Notes under the pieces: generated by a model | What the model was told of the DNA's origin: nothing | The model's input: only the letters and a program-made list of their open reading frames with translations | Databases searched by the model: none | Source: Promethearchaeota archaeon | GTDB taxonomy: Archaea; Asgardarchaeota; Lokiarchaeia; Sigyniarchaeales; SOKP01 | DNA length: 64,000 nt | Assembly (NCBI GenBank): GCA_048939015.1 | Contig: JBHLPW010000006.1 | Location: 32,001 to 96,000, forward strand | Direction of reading: 5' to 3' | Shown here: piece by piece, positions 55,306-64,000 of the stretch | Numbering within the stretch: the stretch's first letter is position 1 | Layout of the letters: the number at the start of each line of letters is the position of its first letter | Made by a program: the position numbers and the translations under genes

Positions 55306-56589
55306 TTAAAGCTCTTTCATACTCAATTCTATTTCTTCTTTTTTGATATAATTATTTTCATTATTAATACGCACATGAGCAATCCGCCAAATTATTAGAG
55401 TAATTATCATCCCTAATACAGAACAAATTAGAAACAATGGAGTTACTCCAATCATGACAGATAGAGGTCCAGTTATAATAGGGGCAATTGGAGATATTGC
55501 TGATGAGATCGCCCAATCAAGGGAAGACAATCTTCCCATTTTATCTGCGGGAACTTTTTTCTGCATTATAGTTAAATAAATTGTATTTACGATGGGTAGC
55601 GCAAAACCTGTAATTCCAAGTACAATACTAATCATAATAAATACTCGAAATGGAGTTAACGCAACTAGGCCAACATTCATTATTAAAATGAATTCAAGTC
55701 CACAGTAGATAGGAAGGGCATGCTTCCATTCTTTCTTAATAGATGTAATTAATGCGCCTAAAACCGTGCCACCGTTCATAAATGCGATAACAAATGCTAA
55801 ATTAGAAACATCTCCCAGATGGTTATATCTGATGAAATATGGTAGTAATATACTAAATGGTCGTAATAAAAAGTTGAGGAACATTGATATTAAAAGCATC
55901 ATAAAAATAATTGGAATTGATTTTAATGTACGGTATCCAAGTTTAAAATCTTCTATAAATGACTTTTTTTCAACTGATTTATCTTTACTGTTAATCCTAG
56001 GTATTTTAATTACCAGTAAAGGAATAAATGCAATAATAAATGTAATTGGATCAATCCACAGTATTGATTTAAGTGGTAAAAATGAAAACATCATTGCACC
56101 TATTACAGGTCCAATGATCTCAATGAAACTTCTAAAGAAAAAATTAATTCCATTTATTCTACTTAATCTTTCCTTTTGCACCATTGTAGGAACAATGGCT
56201 CCTACAGTAGGAATATGAAAACCTTGTAAGATTCCCAATACACCCATTATACCAACAATTAATATGGGATTTTCTCCTCCAAGATTGAAGATAACAATTA
56301 CAAGCAGCATTACAAATGCTTGGAGGGAATCCACAATCATAATAATGCCTTTTCGATTCCATTTATCAATTATTACTCCAGATAAAGCCACCACAATTGT
56401 CATGGGTAAAATGTAAAGAAAACTGGCTAAAGAAAGAAGCATTGTGCTTCCAGTTGTATCTGTTATCCACCAAATTATCGCAAATTGTGAAATTGATGAT
56501 CCTAAAACAGAAAAGAGTTGCCCGATCCAAAATACAATATAATTCCTAAAGGTTTGTTTATTTGCTAATTCTTCTGTTATGTCTCTCAC
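55306..56589 (-). CDS. MFS transporter (DHA3/MefA-like)
   Basis: W.GQ.FS.LGS, D..NRK, PTMV.K..L.R.NG. Confidence 0.9.
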   Translation of the reverse strand: MRDITEELANKQTFRNYIVFWIGQLFSVLGSSISQFAIIWWITDTTGSTMLLSLASFLYILPMTIVVALSGVIIDKWNRKGIIMIVDSLQAFVMLLVIVIFNLGGENPILIVGIMGVLGILQGFHIPTVGAIVPTMVQKERLSRINGINFFFRSFIEIIGPVIGAMMFSFLPLKSILWIDPITFIIAFIPLLVIKIPRINSKDKSVEKKSFIEDFKLGYRTLKSIPIIFMMLLISMFLNFLLRPFSILLPYFIRYNHLGDVSNLAFVIAFMNGGTVLGALITSIKKEWKHALPIYCGLEFILIMNVGLVALTPFRVFIMISIVLGITGFALPIVNTIYLTIMQKKVPADKMGRLSSLDWAISSAISPIAPIITGPLSVMIGVTPLFLICSVLGMIITLIIWRIAHVRINNENNYIKKEEIELSMKEL

Positions 56590-56617
56590 CTAACCTAATT
56601 AATTGAAAAAAAAAAAA

Positions 56618-57904
56618 TTAGAGTGTAATTTTATCTACCTTTCCGTTAATTTCCTCAAGAGCACTTTTACTATCAATATCTACTTTTCTTATACCTGTAA
56701 AGCTCCAAAAACTAATAGTTATTATTACTCCAAGGAATCCACAATAGAAAAATAGTGATGGAATACCTAGTAATAAAGCTAATGGTCCTGCTGCTAATGC
56801 GCCAATTGGTGAGATTGCTGAAGATAAAGCATGGTCAATTGAAGTAACTCTCCCTAATTTATCAGAGGGTACCGTAGTTTGTAAGAAGGTTTGGTATAGC
56901 GAGTTAATAATTGGTAAATTGAATCCGAGAAGAGCACCACCCATTCCCAAAATGTAATAGTTCCCTATGGGTGCTAAGGCTAATATCATATATCCAATAA
57001 GTGCAAAAACAGCACTAATAAAAATTACTCTTAGTTTATTTCCCCAATTCTTCTTAATTGATGTTACTAATGCACCAATAATCATTCCTCCAGTAAAAAC
57101 CATTTCAGCTAAAGCTAAATACCCCGCGTTTCCTCCATGAACATTTAGGATAAATAAAGACATTAACGCATTGACAGGTTGGATCAAGAAGTTTAGTAGC
57201 ATTGATAATATAACCAGAATAACCAATCCCGGAATAATTTTTAATGTTTTAAACCCTAACTTAAAATCTTTTACAAATGAACTCTTTTTGATATGTTCTT
57301 CGTCATTATTGATCTGTTTTACTGAAGGTATGGATATTAGCAATAAAGGTATTAATGCAATAAAAAAAGTAATAATGTCTGTCCAAAAGATCATATAAAC
57401 TGACAGAAATATTAAGAATAAAGCTCCTAAAAACGGTGATAAAAGTTGCACTACTCCCGTAAATAAAAAGTTTATCCCATTTATGCGTGATAATTTATCC
57501 TTGGGAACCATAGTAGGTATGATTGCATTAACAGTAGGTACATGGAATGCTTGAAAAATGCTACGTAGACTAATAAAAATATAGACTATCACTATGTTGG
57601 TTATTCCAAATTGAAAGAAGAGTATTAAAGCAAATGTAGCCAACGCTTGTAATGAATCTACAGTTATTATTAACATCTTTCGATTCACTCTGTCTGCAAA
57701 AACACCTGCTAAAGGCATACAAATTGTCATCATTATTATATATAAAAACGATGCAAAAGCACTTATCATAGGATTATCGTAAACATCAGCAATCCAAAAC
57801 GTTATTACAAAGAATACTACCATTGAACCGAGCAAAGAAAACAATTGACCGCTCCAAAAAAATAAATACCTTTTAAATGTTTCATTATTCACATTTTCTT
57901 CCAT
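56618..57904 (-). CDS. MFS transporter (DHA3/MefA-like), paralog 2
   Basis: Same motifs as 55306-56589. Confidence 0.9.
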   Translation of the reverse strand: MEENVNNETFKRYLFFWSGQLFSLLGSMVVFFVITFWIADVYDNPMISAFASFLYIIMMTICMPLAGVFADRVNRKMLIITVDSLQALATFALILFFQFGITNIVIVYIFISLRSIFQAFHVPTVNAIIPTMVPKDKLSRINGINFLFTGVVQLLSPFLGALFLIFLSVYMIFWTDIITFFIALIPLLLISIPSVKQINNDEEHIKKSSFVKDFKLGFKTLKIIPGLVILVILSMLLNFLIQPVNALMSLFILNVHGGNAGYLALAEMVFTGGMIIGALVTSIKKNWGNKLRVIFISAVFALIGYMILALAPIGNYYILGMGGALLGFNLPIINSLYQTFLQTTVPSDKLGRVTSIDHALSSAISPIGALAAGPLALLLGIPSLFFYCGFLGVIITISFWSFTGIRKVDIDSKSALEEINGKVDKITL

Positions 57905-58008
57905 TTTTATCCCCTAATTTCCTATTTTTATTTTTTATTTTATTTTTTTTTTTATTATTCTTTTTTCTATTCTCCTCTTACTGTAATTAAAATAAAAAAG
58001 AAAAAAAA

Positions 58009-59295
58009 TTAAATTGAAATATTTTCTATTTTTCCATTAATTTCTTTAAGTGTTGATTCACTATCAAAATCAACTTTTCGAATGCCCGTAAAACTCCAGA
58101 ATCCAATTGTAGATGCAATACCAATAACACTACATAAGATAAATAGACCTTGAAGTCCAAATAGGAGTGCTAATGGTCCTGATAGTATTGAGCCAATGGG
58201 TGATATAGCTGAAGAAAGTGCATGATCAATTGACCCTACTCTGCCAAGTTTATCTGGTGGAACCGCAGTTTGCATATATGTCTGAGCTAGAGAATTAACT
58301 ATAGGCAAATTGAATCCTAGAACTATGCCACCTACAGCGAGTATATAATACTGCCCTGGAGGTGCTAGTGCAAATATTAAATATCCTACCATTGCGATTC
58401 CAAGAGCTATAAATATGGTTTTAATTTTATTATTCCAATTCTTTTTCACTGATGTAAACAACGCACCTGAGATTAAGCCAGCTGTAAATGTCATTTGAGC
58501 TAATGCTAAATGTCCTGCTACTCCGCCATGAAAGTTTAAAATAAAAAGAGCCATTTGTGAATCAAGTGGTCGTATCAAGAAATTTAAAATCATTGCAAGA
58601 ATAAGTAGAGTGATTACGCCTGGAATTAATTTTAATGTTTTAATTCCTAATCTAAATTCCTTTATAAAAGAACTCTTCTCAGCTTCATCATCAGAGTGGT
58701 TAATTTGATTGACAGAGGGTATTGAAATCATTAATAGAGGTACCAGAGCTATGAAAAATGTGATAACATCTGCCCAGAGAATTAGGTTTACTGTTAAAAA
58801 AGCCCATAATGTCGCTCCGATAGCTGGTGCAAACATTTGTACTACGCCAGTAAAAAGAAAGGTAACTCCATTGATACGAGATAATTTTTCTTTTGGAACC
58901 ATCGTTGGAATAATTGCATTGACAGTAGGTGCATGGAACGCTTGACAAACACTACGTAAACTAAGAAAGATATATACAATCCAAATATTTGCTAGCCCGA
59001 ATTGGAAAAATAATATCAATCCAAATGTCACAAATGCTTGTGATGAATCTGCGACAATAATTAATAACTTCCGATTAACTCTATCTGCAACGACTCCGGC
59101 TATAGGCATACTAATGGTCAACACTATTATATATAGAAATGATGCAAAAGCACTTATCATAGGATTATTGTATACAGCCGCAATCCAAAACATTAATACA
59201 AAAAAGACCACCATCGATCCAAGCAAAGAGAACAATTGCCCTATCCAAAAGAACATATAGTGCCTAAAAGTTTCTCTATTCGCTAATTCTTCCAT
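58009..59295 (-). CDS. MFS transporter (DHA3/MefA-like), paralog 3
   Basis: Same motifs; closest to 56618-57904. Confidence 0.9.
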   Translation of the reverse strand: MEELANRETFRHYMFFWIGQLFSLLGSMVVFFVLMFWIAAVYNNPMISAFASFLYIIVLTISMPIAGVVADRVNRKLLIIVADSSQAFVTFGLILFFQFGLANIWIVYIFLSLRSVCQAFHAPTVNAIIPTMVPKEKLSRINGVTFLFTGVVQMFAPAIGATLWAFLTVNLILWADVITFFIALVPLLMISIPSVNQINHSDDEAEKSSFIKEFRLGIKTLKLIPGVITLLILAMILNFLIRPLDSQMALFILNFHGGVAGHLALAQMTFTAGLISGALFTSVKKNWNNKIKTIFIALGIAMVGYLIFALAPPGQYYILAVGGIVLGFNLPIVNSLAQTYMQTAVPPDKLGRVGSIDHALSSAISPIGSILSGPLALLFGLQGLFILCSVIGIASTIGFWSFTGIRKVDFDSESTLKEINGKIENISI

Positions 59296-59421
59296 TTTTT
59301 TCCCCTAATTCATAATTTTTTATTGTTTTTTTTCATTTATTTTAATTACAAATTTTTTTTTTAATTATTCTTAATTATTTTATTTTTTTAAAAGGTGGAA
59401 AAAGTTTCCTTTTTCATTATT

Positions 59422-60531
59422 TTAGATTTTCCATTTCCCTTCTTCATAGATAACTTTGTCATCAACGAAAATTTTGGACCCGGGAAGAGTCATGTCTTTT
59501 AAAATATCCCAATGAATTCCAGAATCATTTTTTGAGCCTGCTTCCTTAATTCCGGAACCAAGAGCACAATGAATCGTTCCTCCCATTTTTTCATCGAAGA
59601 GCATGTTTTTTGTGAATTTATTAATACCATAATTTGTACCAATTGCAAATTCACCTAATATATCGGCATTTTCAATTTTTAATATCTCTTGAAGTAATTC
59701 TTCACCCTTATCTGCGGATGCTTTTATTACCTTTCCATCCTTGAATTCCAAATAGATATTTTCGATTTCTTTCCCTTGGAATATACCTGGATATGTGAAC
59801 TGAATATGCCCATTAACAGAATCTTCTATAGGAGCACTTAAAACTTCACCATCAGGTAAGTTTTCATGACCACATTCATTTACCCAGAGTCTACCCTTAA
59901 CTGACATTGTTAAATCAGTATTTTCTCCAATCACCTGGATTTTTTCAACATCCTTTAATTTCTCACATATGGCGTCTTGTTCTTTTTCGACTTTTAACCA
60001 TTCCTTTACAGGATCTTCTTTATCCAAGTGCATAGCTTTCATTATAAATTCAGTATAAGAAAATAAATCCATACTTGCCTCTTGGGCAAGTGCATGACAT
60101 GGGAATGGTAATAGAAGATATTTTAATTCTTTTGAACCTATTCTCTTCATTAAAATATCCCATACCTCCCTATTAGCTGGTGATCCTTGAGCTTTTGCCA
60201 CCAATTTAGGATCAACCAAACTCAATTTCCGAGTGTTATAATCTGCACCAATTACAATATAAGCATCAAATTCTTCAATTATCTTCTTTTGAACCGGATC
60301 TACATATGTCAATTGTTCTTCAGAAGCATACTTATATCTTAATTCTTGGATTCCTTCGATCCCTACCACAAGAAGAGGATGCCCTCCCGCTTTTATTGTC
60401 TCTACAAATAAAGCTTGAAACAACTCCTGAGCTAATGTAGGACCCGCTATGAAGACTCTATCACCCTTCTGGATATTCACAGCATAATTGATTGCCAATT
60501 TAGCAAACTTTTCATAAATCGCATTAATCAT
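59422..60531 (-). CDS. Aminopeptidase, M29 family
   Basis: NLPDGEV, GEFAIG, LFDEK.GGT.H.ALG, S.IHWD. Confidence 0.93.
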   Translation of the reverse strand: MINAIYEKFAKLAINYAVNIQKGDRVFIAGPTLAQELFQALFVETIKAGGHPLLVVGIEGIQELRYKYASEEQLTYVDPVQKKIIEEFDAYIVIGADYNTRKLSLVDPKLVAKAQGSPANREVWDILMKRIGSKELKYLLLPFPCHALAQEASMDLFSYTEFIMKAMHLDKEDPVKEWLKVEKEQDAICEKLKDVEKIQVIGENTDLTMSVKGRLWVNECGHENLPDGEVLSAPIEDSVNGHIQFTYPGIFQGKEIENIYLEFKDGKVIKASADKGEELLQEILKIENADILGEFAIGTNYGINKFTKNMLFDEKMGGTIHCALGSGIKEAGSKNDSGIHWDILKDMTLPGSKIFVDDKVIYEEGKWKI

Positions 60532-60623
60532 TTTTTATAAATTCCTCCTTTTACTTTACTTTTTTACTTAATTCATTAATTTTTGAAATTTTTTATTTCG
60601 TATCTCTTTTTTTATTATTTGTT

Positions 60624-61733
60624 TTAAATCTTCCATTTTCCTTCTTCATAAATTACTTTATTATCGGCTATAACTTTAGAGCCGGGTACTTTCATATCTT
60701 TCAATATATCCCAGTGAACAGAAGAGATATTTTTAGAACCAGCATCTTCAAAACCAAGCCCTAAGGCACAATGTAATGTGCCACCGAGTTTCTCATCAAA
60801 TAACATATTTTTTGTAAAATTTGTAACCCCATAATTCGTCCCTATCGCAAATTCTCCAATTCTATTAGCATTCTCTACTTTTAATATCTCTTGAAGAATA
60901 TCTTCTCCCTTAGTTGCTGTTGCTTTAATTACTTCTCCATCTTTGAACTCCAAATAGATATTTTCTACTTCTTTTCCTGTGTATATGCCAGGATATGTAA
61001 ATCTAATATGACCGTTAACAGAATCCTCAATTGGACTTGTATAAATTTCACCATCAGGTAAATTTGTCTTACCACAGCAATTTATCCATTTTCTTCCTTC
61101 TACTGACAATGATAAGTCTGTATCTTCTCCAATAACTTGGATCTCTTTAAACAGATTTAATTTTGCAATGATCAAATCTTGAGTTTTCTGCATGTGTCGC
61201 CATTCCTCGACAGGATCTTCCCTATCTAAAAATAAACTCTTTTTCACAAATTCAGCATATGAAAATAGATCCATATTTGCTTCTTGGGCTAAAGCATTGC
61301 AAGGATAAGGAATTACAATCCATTTTAATTCACCAGTTGAAGTTCTCTGCTCTTGAATCGCTCTTAACTCTTTCCTTCTAGGAGCACTCATAAATATTGA
61401 TAATTTTTTTGAATCAATATTACTATATTTACGGGTATTATAATCCGCTCTTATTTCAATTAGACGATTATAATCAGTAAAAATTAACTCCTGAGATTTA
61501 TCAACATATTTCAACTGTTCATCAGACGCAAATTTATAGAATGCCTCTCGTATCCCTTCTATACCAGGTACTATTAAGACATGAGCCCCAGCTTTAATTA
61601 TTTCAATATTTAATGCTTGAAATAATTCCACCGCAAATGCAGGCCCAGTTATGAAAACAGTATGCCCCTTTTCTATCTCAAGTGAATAATGTACCACTAT
61701 TTTTGCCAACTTCTCATATATCGGATTAATCAT
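60624..61733 (-). CDS. Aminopeptidase, M29 family (tandem paralog)
   Basis: NLPDGEI, GEFAIG, LFDEK, S.VHWD. Confidence 0.93.
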   Translation of the reverse strand: MINPIYEKLAKIVVHYSLEIEKGHTVFITGPAFAVELFQALNIEIIKAGAHVLIVPGIEGIREAFYKFASDEQLKYVDKSQELIFTDYNRLIEIRADYNTRKYSNIDSKKLSIFMSAPRRKELRAIQEQRTSTGELKWIVIPYPCNALAQEANMDLFSYAEFVKKSLFLDREDPVEEWRHMQKTQDLIIAKLNLFKEIQVIGEDTDLSLSVEGRKWINCCGKTNLPDGEIYTSPIEDSVNGHIRFTYPGIYTGKEVENIYLEFKDGEVIKATATKGEDILQEILKVENANRIGEFAIGTNYGVTNFTKNMLFDEKLGGTLHCALGLGFEDAGSKNISSVHWDILKDMKVPGSKVIADNKVIYEEGKWKI

Positions 61734-61747
61734 TTTTGTTCTCTCTC

Positions 61748-62704
61748 TTATTTCATTTTATCTATTAATTCATGTAATTTAGCTATAACATCCTCTAAAG
61801 TGCTTGTGAATTTAAATACACCTTCTTCAAGAGTACCCTCAATGCCATCTGCAACCATCTCGTATACCATGTTTTCAGCCTCTTCGTCTGATTTGTCTAT
61901 GGCTTGAGCTAATTTATCAATGGGTATACTATTATGGAGCTTAATTAGCCCTGTCACCCTTTTCTTTATCTTTTCCTTTCTATCAGTATCTATTGTAATT
62001 TGAACTCTATGCTTTGGTTTCCCTTCCTTTTTATCAAAGTGTTTTTCAAACTTCCCTTCAAATTCTCTTTCTATTTTTTCACCTAACTCTTCTATCCCAG
62101 AATCTTTTACTGCTTGTTCTATACCTTCTCCCATTTTTTCCAAATTTCGACCTAAATGTTCCAATTTTGCGATGTCTCCAATATTGTTTTTTACAAATTT
62201 CATTGATTTTCGAACTAATTCTGATACCGAAGCACCTAATCCTTCTGCCCAATCCCTCCATTCATCACTCATTTCAGGATCGACAGAAATATTTATGCGT
62301 GCAGCCTTCTTTTTCGCTTTTTCCACCTTCTTCCAAATTTTATTTTCAAATTTTGCCTCATGGTTTTCAATTTTCCTCTTTACTCGTTCTAATTTCTCTC
62401 TTGCATTTTCAATATGATCTCTTGCATCTGCTCCGTAATTTTCTAATTCTTCTTTAACATTTCCAACTTCTTCCAATAACTCTTCTCGTTCTTCCATTAA
62501 CTCTTCTAAGTCCTCTCTTAAGTCATCCTTTATATCATCAGCTTCATCTTTTAAATCTTCAATTACATCTTTTAAATCATCATGTAAATCGTCTAATTCA
62601 AACATAAGTTCATCTTTAAGGTCATTTAATTCAAATCTCACCTTACTTTTCTCTAGATCCTTTTCATTATCTTCCTTCTCATTCCATCCTTCATCATGCG
62701 ACAT
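61748..62704 (-). CDS. Acidic coiled-coil protein with central ribbon-helix-helix and C-terminal winged-helix/PCI-like domain
   Basis: D/E-rich heptads; RINISVD..M...W...A..LG.SVSELVR (RHH); IPI..LA..I......E..VY..V..G.I.G. Confidence 0.65.
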   Translation of the reverse strand: MSHDEGWNEKEDNEKDLEKSKVRFELNDLKDELMFELDDLHDDLKDVIEDLKDEADDIKDDLREDLEELMEEREELLEEVGNVKEELENYGADARDHIENAREKLERVKRKIENHEAKFENKIWKKVEKAKKKAARINISVDPEMSDEWRDWAEGLGASVSELVRKSMKFVKNNIGDIAKLEHLGRNLEKMGEGIEQAVKDSGIEELGEKIEREFEGKFEKHFDKKEGKPKHRVQITIDTDRKEKIKKRVTGLIKLHNSIPIDKLAQAIDKSDEEAENMVYEMVADGIEGTLEEGVFKFTSTLEDVIAKLHELIDKMK

Positions 62705-62766
62705 TTATTTTCCTCCAATTTTTTTAAATTTATTAATAATAATCGCTTTAATTTTATATTCTATTT

Positions 62767-63444
62767 TTACAAATCCCTTTCTGTTATATGAATAGGCTCA
62801 TTAGCCAAAGTGGCTTTATCATGAACCTCAATATTTTCAACATAATAAACCATTCCTTTAATTTCGGTTCCTTTTCCAATTATAACTGTACGGCCTCTTA
62901 CATCACCTTCTACAAGCGTTCTGGCAAGATCAACATGATTTTTCGCGAAAATGCTTCCATTGATTATACTCAAATGTTTATATATGTTTCTACCCATTCT
63001 TGGTTCTCGCCCTAAAACAATATCAGACCCAGACACATCTCCATGAATCGTCGATGACCCTGAAATTTTAATTAACCTTTGAGATGATAAGTCACCATTA
63101 ATACGTGCAGAACCTGAAATGTTAATTCCCTCAGGAGCTTCAACTTTGCCTCCCGCTCTTAGAGATCCCGAGTTTACTAGGGTTCCTTTAACTGATATTT
63201 CACCTCCAATTGACATTGAACCAGAAGATTTAGCTTTACCATCCCCATAAAGAGATCCTCCAAGTCTGAAGGATCCTGAACTGGAAACATCACCATGAAC
63301 AGTTAAACTTCCTTCACCTCTCAATGAACCAGAAGAATGAAATCCATAACATTCAAAATCTCCCTTTAATTTAGCGGAACCCGACACATGAAGATTATCT
63401 TCAATTTTTCCCGCCGAAAGGGTTCCTGATCCAGAAATTTTCAT
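62767..63444 (-). CDS. Polymer-forming cytoskeletal (bactofilin/YhbE-like) beta-helix protein
   Basis: Repeated (I/V)SGS...G motifs and V.G..V.IG.G..I..V.Y. Confidence 0.78.
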   Translation of the reverse strand: MKISGSGTLSAGKIEDNLHVSGSAKLKGDFECYGFHSSGSLRGEGSLTVHGDVSSSGSFRLGGSLYGDGKAKSSGSMSIGGEISVKGTLVNSGSLRAGGKVEAPEGINISGSARINGDLSSQRLIKISGSSTIHGDVSGSDIVLGREPRMGRNIYKHLSIINGSIFAKNHVDLARTLVEGDVRGRTVIIGKGTEIKGMVYYVENIEVHDKATLANEPIHITERDL

Positions 63445-63494
63445 TTTTTTATTCTACCTCTTCTTTTTGTTTTTTTATTATTATAATTATATCA

Positions 63495-64000
63495 TTATTT
63501 TATCTTTCCAACTGGTGCCAAATACAGAGCAATTTCGTTCTCTCCATCCACACCAATAAATTTATCAAGTTTATCTTGATTATATGCAACAATAGCACAC
63601 GTTCCAGCACTTATTGCTTCACATGCAAGATAAAGGTTTTGACAGATATGGCCAACCCCCATTAATATATCTTTCAGGGAATCTTCTCCGTATCGATACT
63701 CTAATCTATATGGTCTCACAGCCCAGATAAAAACCACTGCTGCTGTTCCTATAAATGCTTGACCATGACAAACATCCACAATCTTCTCAGATAAATTTGG
63801 ATTATTAGTAATTTCAATCAATAATTTATGTTCTATCGCTAAATAACGATACAACCCCGGCTCTAAACCTTCGATGTTTTTAACCAATAAATATGTCTCG
63901 TAGGGATGCATCGCACCACCAGAAGGAACAGTTCTTTTTGTGAGCATGCCCCCTCGAACGAGTTCCTTTACTCCCTGTGTTGCCCAAAGTAGAAATGATA
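63495..64000 (-). CDS. SagB/ThcOx family nitroreductase-like dehydrogenase (5' end beyond the window)
   Basis: The frame is open to the window edge (LSFLLWATQG...RTVPSGGA.HP.E.Y, GHI.QN.YL). Confidence 0.9.
   Translation of the reverse strand, partial: SFLLWATQGVKELVRGGMLTKRTVPSGGAMHPYETYLLVKNIEGLEPGLYRYLAIEHKLLIEITNNPNLSEKIVDVCHGQAFIGTAAVVFIWAVRPYRLEYRYGEDSLKDILMGVGHICQNLYLACEAISAGTCAIVAYNQDKLDKFIGVDGENEIALYLAPVGKIK

Noticed and set aside
2610-63015. Numerous short ORFs in the track antisense to or overlapping long genes (e.g. 2610-2825, 12208-12540, 47268-47612, 49158-49682, 55766-56218, 62014-62457)
   Set aside because: These are shadow frames of well-supported genes, with no recognisable motifs.

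Overview
AT-rich archaeal chromosomal segment, most consistent with an Asgard archaeon of the Lokiarchaeia type (inferred from a Loki-CTERM-like sorting tail, two roadblock proteins, vWA-RING and AN1 zinc-finger proteins, and many TTG/GTG starts). 1-11.4 kb: variable cell-surface region with two NosD/CASH beta-helix proteins and an Ig-like surface protein. One beta-helix gene sits between a full lrp gene and a displaced 250-bp copy of its 3' end that differs only at synonymous sites. 11.4-22.1 kb: the main highlight, an Lrp/AsnC regulator divergent from the co-oriented cluster tusA - dsrE - dsrF - dsrH - dsrE2-like - hdrC - hdrB - hdrA - mvhD - mvhG-like - [FrhB with a nested GltD/NfnB module + wHTH] - tusA, with no hydrogenase large subunit. 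This looks like a persulfide-relay-coupled heterodisulfide reductase fed by F420H2/NAD(P)H. 22-41 kb: two-component pair, Isf-like flavoprotein, P-loop ATPase, divergent RtcB-like protein, metG, a TFIIH p44/Ssl1-like vWA-double-zinc-finger protein, M20 peptidase, a large surface glycoprotein, and two roadblocks (one DYNLRB-like with an apparent ATT start). 41-64 kb: PfkB kinase plus radical-SAM activase, a glycyl radical enzyme, tandem paralogs (crotonases, GPH and DHA3 MFS transporters, M29 aminopeptidases), a heterodimeric ABC exporter, a bactofilin-like gene and a SagB-type nitroreductase. No rRNA, tRNA, CRISPR array, transposase or integrase was recognised. All family calls are by-eye motif recognition; no database searches were run.
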